NCBI GenBank assembly: GCA_964019335.1
Contig: OZ025686.1
Location: 516,318 to 580,317, forward strand
From: Diplonema japonicum
Lineage: Eukaryota; Protista; Euglenozoa: Diplonemea
Direction: 5' to 3'
Length of the DNA: 64,000 nucleotides
Below, one piece after another: positions 57,633 through 64,000 of this stretch; positions within the stretch are counted from its first letter, which is position 1, and the number at the start of each line of letters is the position of its first letter. Under the pieces are notes generated by a model. The model made no database searches and was not told the origin of the DNA. It saw only the letters and a list, made by a program, of their open reading frames with translations. The position numbers were made by a program, and so were the translations under genes.

Positions 57633-58670
57633 AACCAACGATTCTAAAGCTACAGTTTCTGTACTTTATTGGTCGTTCGTGTTCTGCTGGTGCTTGCCGC
57701 CTCTGCCTGGGTTTGCCGCTGCGTCCGTCGTCCGTCGTCGCCGTCGTCCGGGGGGGTGCAGCGTGCTGTTCACGGCGGGGAACAAGGAGCGGTACGTGAA
57801 TTGCCGGCCCAAGCCCGAGAAGGAGCCCTCCCGCCTCGTCCGTGGGATATCGTGCTCGTCTGTCACCAGGGAGTCGATCCTGCACGAGGTGGGTGCCAAG
57901 GAGGAGGATGCCGGGGGCGGAGGGGATTGCTTGTTCCGCTCTCTGGCTGTGGTGCTGCTGGGGGAGAAGGAACGACACGGAGAGGTGAGGAGTCGGGTGG
58001 TCAGCCACATAAGGGACAACAGGGGCAGGTTCGAGAGCTTTGTGGATCCGATCGGTTTTGAGGCCTACATCGACTACATGGCAAAGCAAGGGGAGTGGGG
58101 GGGACCACCTTTGTCTGCAGGCGGCCGTGGAGGTCTGGCAAAAGACGGTCGTGGTCGTGACCGGGGGTGACGCCCAAGTCTTGAAGCTCGGGGAGGCGAG
58201 GGAACCGGAGGATACGGTGGTGCTTGGCTTCACGGGATCCCACTACAGGCCTGTGTTGGTCTCGGAGGGCGGAAAGTCCCCTGGTGGATTGGGCGGTGGA
58301 GGCGAGGCTAGCCCCCTCGGGCCAGGCCCGCCATCCTGGACCTCGCCCACCTCCTGATGCCGGAGTCCTCCATCAGGCCCAACGGACACCACATGAAAGG
58401 ATGCCCCACGACTGGACAGCAAGGTCAGGAGCTTCCAGTGCCCGGTGAGGGGGTGCGAGAGGTCGTCCCACATGGGAGGCCCGGCGATCTTGGGGTGGGA
58501 ACTGCTGAAGTCCCACTTGAACTGAACGACCACCTGCTGGACGAGGAGGTACTCCCACAGGAGTTGAAGAAGTTTGACCTCAAGATCTGCGTGTGTGGGT
58601 CGGTGGTGGGCGCACGGGAGGCGGCTCACGTCAGGTGCATCGCCAGGTACAGCGCTCCTGGGGGACCCGT
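57633..58670 (+). mobile_element. Spliced-leader-headed decayed retroelement fragment, copy B (full 39-nt SL, 5' UTR, OTU-like protease, zinc fingers); probable CRE/SLACS-like non-LTR element
   Basis: SL at 57633-57671. OTU motifs GDCLFRSL, WG(D)HLCLQAA and GSHYRPV, with a one-base frameshift in a G-run near 58100. CPVRGC..LKSHLNDH..CVCG..HVRC is recovered after removing a 5-nt duplication at 58518-58527. No RT domain is present. Confidence 0.7.
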
Positions 58671-59009
58671 GGCTTTTCCAAGGGTTCCTCTGTACTCACA
58701 CGCATGATGTACAGGCCGAGTCCTGAACTTTGGGATATTGTCCGCTCGGTTCATTTTGTTGATGCGGGCATGAACCAGGCTGGTGTCTTCCCTACAACTG
58801 TCCCAGTACGACCCGACTTCAGCATCGTGCTCCACGGGACTCCTCGTCAGCTTGACGACGTTCAACGCCCGTGGATCAGACGGGAGTGGGACGCGTTCCA
58901 GCATAGCAACCTCTCTAAAGTGACCTACCCTGGTACTACCCTCGACGATCACTTCAATCTGCTCCTTTCCTTCAAGCTGTCACCTGACAGTGGCAGTCGC
59001 TCCATCTAA
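58671..59009 (+). pseudogene. 3' fragment of a C2orf69/UPF0565-like gene
   Basis: GFSKG..VL, VHFVDAGMN..G, LHGTPRQ..D..RPWI.RE and L..HF.LL..F match the family C-terminal pattern as I recall it; the 5' part is absent. Confidence 0.6.
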
Positions 59010-59124
59010 CCCCCCTTTGGTTGAAGCATGTGATTTTAGTTTTTTTTTTTATTCTTCTTTTTTTTTTTTTTTCTTCCAGTTTGCCTCGTTTTCCCCTGCC
59101 ATCATCACGTCCTCGCTTCCCGAG

Positions 59125-59291
59125 CCAACGAATTCTAAAGCTACAGTTTCTGTACTTTAAAATGATCGTTCGTGTTCCTACTGGCTGGGTTTGCCGTGCT
59201 GCGTGCCGTCGACTGTCGTCGGGGGGGGGTGTTTGCCTGTCAATGAAAGGATCCCCCCCCCCCCCCCCCCAACGAAGAAAAATGGATCCAA
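59125..59291 (+). mobile_element. Spliced-leader-headed element, copy C (degenerate)
   Basis: CCAACGAATTCTAAAGCTACAGTTTCTGTACTTTA, followed by diverged TCGTTCGTGTTC..GGGTTTGCCG..GAAAGGATCCC..AAAAATGGATCCAA as in copy A. Confidence 0.72.
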
Positions 59292-59675
59292 ACTAACAAA
59301 GACAGGGCGGCCAACCTAGCCAGGCAGTATGAGTCTCTTCCTTGCGTTGTGGAGGCGTATGACGTGCCAAGATGAAAATGGTCATCTTGTGTGCATGCCT
59401 TCTATTTCCAGTTCTGATCAACTCTGTGGGTGCGCTTCCGTGTACCCCCGGGCTTCTTTTAACGGAAAAAAAAACCCCCCCTCTTTTTCTGATAATTTTT
59501 GTTCAGCATGTTTGTGTAAGAATATGATGAACATTAGGAGGAGGGAAAGAATACCCCCCCCCCCCCCCCCCTCCCCTATTCATTCTTTTTTTTGTAGTAC
59601 CAACCGATTTGGTTTTCTTCTTCTTCTTTTGAACCACTGTAGGTAAAACCAAAAAAAAAAAGAAAAAAAAAAGAA

Positions 59676-61334
59676 ATGCTGGCCCGAATCCTGTTGTTGT
59701 GGTTGTTCGCTACTGTTGTGGTTGGTGGGACCACCGAGGAGCTAGCACGGATCGGCGGGGTGGGCCCGCTGGCGGGGGAGACCTCTGCGGACCTGGCGAG
59801 GTCGGGGGACCACACGTTCAGCGTGATGACGGACGATTCGGTGAGGATCACGAATGTGGCAGACAAGGGAAACCCTGTGGAGGTAGGGATGCTAAAGCAC
59901 AGCAGCGGGAGGGCAGCCTCTGTGCTGACGGACGGGAACCTGCTGTACGTGTCGTACCTGCACGCGCTGATCGTCTACGACCTGCACCCGGACCCCGCTG
60001 CCCCAATGATGCTGCACACCTTCCTTCCCCCTCCCGACGCCGACCTGAACTTCTGGCGTGGGATGACCCAGTCTGCCAACCACATCTACGTGTCGTACTT
60101 CCACAGCCCCACCACCACCGAGTCCCTGTACGTGCTTGCGAAGGGGACCCTCATGCAGGTGGGGGTTTCGGTGTTGTCGACGACAGGCTCCTTCGTGCTG
60201 GACATGACCTACGCGGACAGGAAGGTGTACGCGACCACAGAGCAGCTCACCCCCCAGGGCAGCGTCTCTGTGCTGGACGTGTCGGACCCCACGAACCCCC
60301 ACGAGGAGTCGTCCTTCGCAACGCCGGACATCGACTTCAACAGGGTTGTGTTCCACGAGGGCTTCCTGTACATCAGCAGGGTCGACACCAGCACGGACAT
60401 GCCGCTGAAAATAAACCCGACGACAGGGGCCCCCGTGGCGATGACGATGCCTGCCTTCGTGAACGATTGCGGGGATATCCGCTTCTACAACTCGAGGGTG
60501 TACCTTGCCTGCTCCAACAACGGCCTCGTTGTGTTGGAGGAGACGGCGCCCAACACCTTCACCCTCCTTGCAAGGGACGAGGCGAGGTCCCCCTTCACCC
60601 TCCTGCCCAGCGGCGGCTACCTTTTCGTGAGCGACGTGACGGACAGGCTTGCGATCTACGACATCCCGGATGCGGCTGTGGAGCTTGTTGAGGGCATCGC
60701 ACCTTTTGCGAAGCAGGTTGTAGACTCCTCCGCTGCTGCTGTGGAGGACAAGGTGAGCGGGCAACGCTGGGAGAGGATCCCCGAGTGGCTTGCAGGGTCG
60801 ACAGCGTACATGGGGGTTCACGGGGGCAAAGGGATGTCCCTGAGACTGTCGTGTCCCGCGACCGAGAAGAACCACCACCACTACTACTACCCCTGTACCT
60901 TCTACGTGACACTGCACAACTGCCTCCCGTGTAGCTCCTCTACCAACGGAGGCCTCCCGAAGGAGTTGCTGGAGGCTGGCTTCGAGGCTGCGGGCTGCGG
61001 GCCGAGGTACATCCCAATCTTCCCCGGTGCCCCCGATGATGTCCGCAACCACCCTGCCGCAATCTTCAAGCTGCAGGTGGAGAGAGGTACGGAAGCCATT
61101 GAGCTGCCCGTGTCGAGGGAACTCCTCCACGTCGCGGTGTTCGTGCACTCCGCTGGACAGCAGTGCTCCTTGAAGAACGCCGAGGCGTGCGCCGCAGCCT
61201 CCCGGGTGTGCGAGTACGACAGGAAGAAGAAGAAGTGCATGGACAAGCCGATGTGCCCCACGAGGACAGGCCCTCAACCACCCACAGGGCCACAGGGGCG
61301 CAGGTGCATGTGTTTCGCCCTCCCGTTGTTCTGA
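59676..61334 (+). CDS. Secreted LVIVD-like beta-propeller protein with a Cys-rich C-terminal domain
   Basis: Signal peptide; repeated units such as LYVS..LIVYDL, VSVLDVSDPTNP, VYLA...GLVVLE and LFVSD...LAIYDI. Confidence 0.72.
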   Translation: MLARILLLWLFATVVVGGTTEELARIGGVGPLAGETSADLARSGDHTFSVMTDDSVRITNVADKGNPVEVGMLKHSSGRAASVLTDGNLLYVSYLHALIVYDLHPDPAAPMMLHTFLPPPDADLNFWRGMTQSANHIYVSYFHSPTTTESLYVLAKGTLMQVGVSVLSTTGSFVLDMTYADRKVYATTEQLTPQGSVSVLDVSDPTNPHEESSFATPDIDFNRVVFHEGFLYISRVDTSTDMPLKINPTTGAPVAMTMPAFVNDCGDIRFYNSRVYLACSNNGLVVLEETAPNTFTLLARDEARSPFTLLPSGGYLFVSDVTDRLAIYDIPDAAVELVEGIAPFAKQVVDSSAAAVEDKVSGQRWERIPEWLAGSTAYMGVHGGKGMSLRLSCPATEKNHHHYYYPCTFYVTLHNCLPCSSSTNGGLPKELLEAGFEAAGCGPRYIPIFPGAPDDVRNHPAAIFKLQVERGTEAIELPVSRELLHVAVFVHSAGQQCSLKNAEACAAASRVCEYDRKKKKCMDKPMCPTRTGPQPPTGPQGRRCMCFALPLF

Positions 61335-62048
61335 ATTGGCGTGTTCGTCTCTTTTTTTTTTTTAAAAAAGGGGGAAGAAGATTTTTTTAATAAATAAATA
61401 ACAAAAAAAAAATAATAATAATAATAATAAAAAGATTTTGACTATATCTTTTTTCATTTACACACTACTTCCCTTTCTTTTTTTTTCATCCTGAACAGTG
61501 AGCACCCCCATGCACACTGAAATTTTATCGAGTTTTTTCTTCTTTCTTCTTCTTCTTCTTCTTCTTTTTGCCCCTTTCCTTCTTGTCGTTCAGCACAAAG
61601 AAGGAAGTCGTTAAAAAAGAAAACAGAGCACGGCTAATGCCTTGGGCATCCCCAGCCTTCGCTGATGGAGCTGGCGATGCAATGCAACGGCGGTTGTTGT
61701 TTTTTCTTTTCTTTTTTTTCTAGTCTAGAACCCTTTCTTTTACTTCCCTCCGCCCCTCCTGTCACCGAGGCCCTCGCCTACTGGAACGGGCTGCTCATCA
61801 TACCGTATCTAATATATACTGCTGACACTTCAGTATACTTTCCTCTCCGCTAAATCTTTTGCTGCCCTTCAGGGTAAGTGCAGAAGAGCATCTTTCAATC
61901 TTTTTTTTTTTTTTTTTTTCCTTCTCTCTTTTTTTCCTTCAATTTTCATGCGTTACCTGACAACTTGCCTCCCCTTATCCATGCGCACTCAAAAAAACAG
62001 GTTAACCTACACACACCCACACACACCCACCCCATCCTACCAACAACA

Positions 62049-62873
62049 ATGATGCTGCTGCTGCGCCCCCTTGTGTGCGTGACAACGCTGTTTGCGTGTG
62101 CTCACGGGCACGGCTACGTGAAGGCACCGGCGTCGAGGAACTACGCCTGCAAGGAAGGGGCGAACCAGAACTGCGGCGGGGTGCAGTACGAGCCGCAGAG
62201 CGTGGAGGGGGCGGACAGGTACCCTGACAGCGGGCCTTCGGACGGGACGCTCGCGGCGGCGGGGCAGGACAACTGGGCGGCCCTGAACGAGCAGTCGGCG
62301 ACGAGGTGGGCGAAGACCTCGATCAGCTCCGGCCTTGTGGACTTCACGTGGCAGTTCACGGCGAACCACATCACGCGGGACTGGAGGTACTACATCACGA
62401 AGGAGGGGTGGAACGGGGTGACCCCTCTGGGGAGGGAGACCTTGGAGAGCAGCCCCTTCTGCACGGTGGACGGGGCGATGGTGCAGCCGCCGATGGTGGT
62501 GACGCACTCGTGCACGGTCCCGACGAGGAGCGGCTACCACGTGGTCCTCGCCATCTGGGATGTCGGTGACACGGCGGCCAGCTTCTACAACGCCATCGAC
62601 CTCGACTTCAACGGGGGCAGCACGACCCCTGTCCCGACAACCCTCCCCACCCCGGCCCCGACGGGGGACGCCGCAAGCCCTGTCCCGACACCGGTCCCCA
62701 CAGCGGCCCCTCCCGCAGGGCCCTGCAACGGCCCCGTCATCGCGGAGTGGGGAGGCTGCATCGACTCCCCTTCCTGCTGCGAGGCTCCTGCCCGCTGCTA
62801 CCAACAGAACCAGTGGTACGCCCAGTGCAGGGCGAGGTGCGATGTTCCTGAGTGGTGCAAGCTTATTGGATAA
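62049..62873 (+). CDS. Lytic polysaccharide monooxygenase AA10 (CBP21/GbpA-like) with Pro/Thr linker and a CBM1-like module
   Basis: Signal peptide then HGYV..PASR (His-brace His1), YEPQSVEG, FTWQFTANH, WRYYITK and GYHVVLAIWDVGDTAASFYNAIDL. Confidence 0.93.
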   Translation: MMLLLRPLVCVTTLFACAHGHGYVKAPASRNYACKEGANQNCGGVQYEPQSVEGADRYPDSGPSDGTLAAAGQDNWAALNEQSATRWAKTSISSGLVDFTWQFTANHITRDWRYYITKEGWNGVTPLGRETLESSPFCTVDGAMVQPPMVVTHSCTVPTRSGYHVVLAIWDVGDTAASFYNAIDLDFNGGSTTPVPTTLPTPAPTGDAASPVPTPVPTAAPPAGPCNGPVIAEWGGCIDSPSCCEAPARCYQQNQWYAQCRARCDVPEWCKLIG

Positions 62874-63533
62874 AAAAAGCTGGAAAAAAAAAAAACGAAA
62901 AACGACTAACTAACGAGAGAAAAGCACACCCTTTTTTTTTTTAATATTTTATTTCACTTCAGAAATTACTTCACGCTAAATCTCATTACTTCACGGTGAA
63001 ATAATGGCCTATTTTCCGTGAAGTAATAGGGGGTTTCCGTTAAATACTATGCCTCGGTAGGCCAATTTTTGCCTCGGTTCCCAGTGGGGCTACTTTTTCC
63101 TCTCAGTTTGCTATTTCCCCCCAGGTTCAGCTCAATTGGCCAACTTTTGCCTCGGCTCAGTTCCAAGTTGGACTACTTTTTCCTCCCAATTTGCCCACTT
63201 TTGGCTAGGCCTTGTTCCCAGTTTCTGGGGGTAACTCTTCTGTGGGTAAGGGTAACTTAGTCAGCTTACCCAAGCTCCCCAAATGACTTCAAAATACCGA
63301 AGCAGCAGAAAAAAAGGAGCCAGTGGCCGCGCCAGGTATGAGAAGGCCTGATTAGAGATGGTGACAGTGGCAATGCCAGCGGCAGCGGCAGCTCTTAGTC
63401 AACAAAAGGAGGAAAAACAACTTGTATTGTAACCTTTGTAACCCCTCTCTTGTTGTACCCCTTGTCACCCTGTTGTGCCCCTCGTGGTGATGTAATTTCA
63501 GAGTGTCGTGAAATAAAACCACTTACCTACCGC

Positions 63534-63641
63534 CAAGTAATGCTTTACCGACCTCTCGGTTCCGCATTTTACCATCTCGGGCCCTGTGGGCCCTCGACGG
63601 TAAAATGCGGAACCTCGAGGTAACGGTAAAGTCATTACTTG
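63534..63641. repeat. Long imperfect palindrome (~108 nt)
   Basis: CAAGTAATG/CATTACTTG, CTTTACCG/CGGTAAAG, GGTTCCGCATTTTACC/GGTAAAATGCGGAACC, and GGGCCC-TGT-GGGCCC at the centre. Confidence 0.85.
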
Positions 63642-63748
63642 TAAATAGCTATTAAAAATTCATCTTCCAAAAAAAAGAAATCTTTTGTTTATAAGGAGGC
63701 GACGCGGGCGGAGGGGGGAAGAAGGATGATGTTGGTTTATGAAAAAGG

Positions 63749-63785
<37 letters not shown>

Positions 63786-63938
63786 GTGACTCCGGGTCAC
63801 GCCCCCCGTTCTCTCCTGAACCTCTGTTCTTTCTTTCTTTCTTCTTGTTTTCCCCGCGCTACACCATTTTCCTCCCTCGATGCTTTTGGAAGGGCCCTAT
63901 GGAATCATTTCCCGGGGTATCTTTTGTTTTGTGTGTGT

Positions 63939-64000
63939 AAACCCGCAAACCCGCAAACCCGCAAACCCGCAAACCCGCAAACCCGCAAACCCGCAAACCC
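63939..64000 (+). repeat. Perfect tandem 8-mer (AAACCCGC)n, running off the window end
   Basis: 7.75 perfect units are visible. Confidence 0.9.

Noticed and set aside
57633-57760. Functional SL RNA gene
   Set aside because: GT does follow the exon, but it lacks the GTATG donor, an obvious Sm site, a nearby T-run terminator and a shared upstream promoter, and it continues into coding-like sequence. Not fully excluded.
13757-61277. Long minus-strand ORFs (e.g. 17300-18970, 33128-34132, 43374-45089, 54703-56214, 59892-61277)
   Set aside because: Antisense shadows of + strand genes with biased codon usage; no independent motifs.

Overview
Eukaryotic nuclear DNA, most likely from a diplonemid (Euglenozoa). 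This assignment rests on three copies of a 39-nt euglenozoan spliced-leader (SL) exon, on every credible gene (about 25) lying on the + strand, and on tiny GT-AG introns (33-46 nt, mostly GTATG donors, CA-rich 3' ends). The left ~48 kb is mostly housekeeping genes: four tandem eIF4A paralogues (two canonical, one partly diverged, one intronless pseudo-helicase mosaic), ALG5, a CDF metal transporter, RPL39, a 2975-aa IPT plus cadherin-like surface protein, a signal-peptide prolidase, an opine dehydrogenase with a PTS2-like N-terminus, a glycosyltransferase-like gene whose 415-nt intron holds a highly structured element, two RPS3A copies, RPL3, a Cys-rich membrane protein, a RUN/Rubicon-homology protein, p23, aconitase and a myristoylated coiled-coil protein. 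The right ~16 kb is an accessory region of intronless GC-rich genes for secreted proteins (tyrosinase, GH18 chitinase, LVIVD-like beta-propeller, bacterial-type AA10 LPMO). Between them are SL-headed fragments of a probable CRE/SLACS-like retroelement carrying an OTU domain and zinc fingers, a duplicated upstream module, palindromes and a terminal (AAACCCGC)n repeat. All family assignments come from motif recognition by eye; no searches were run.
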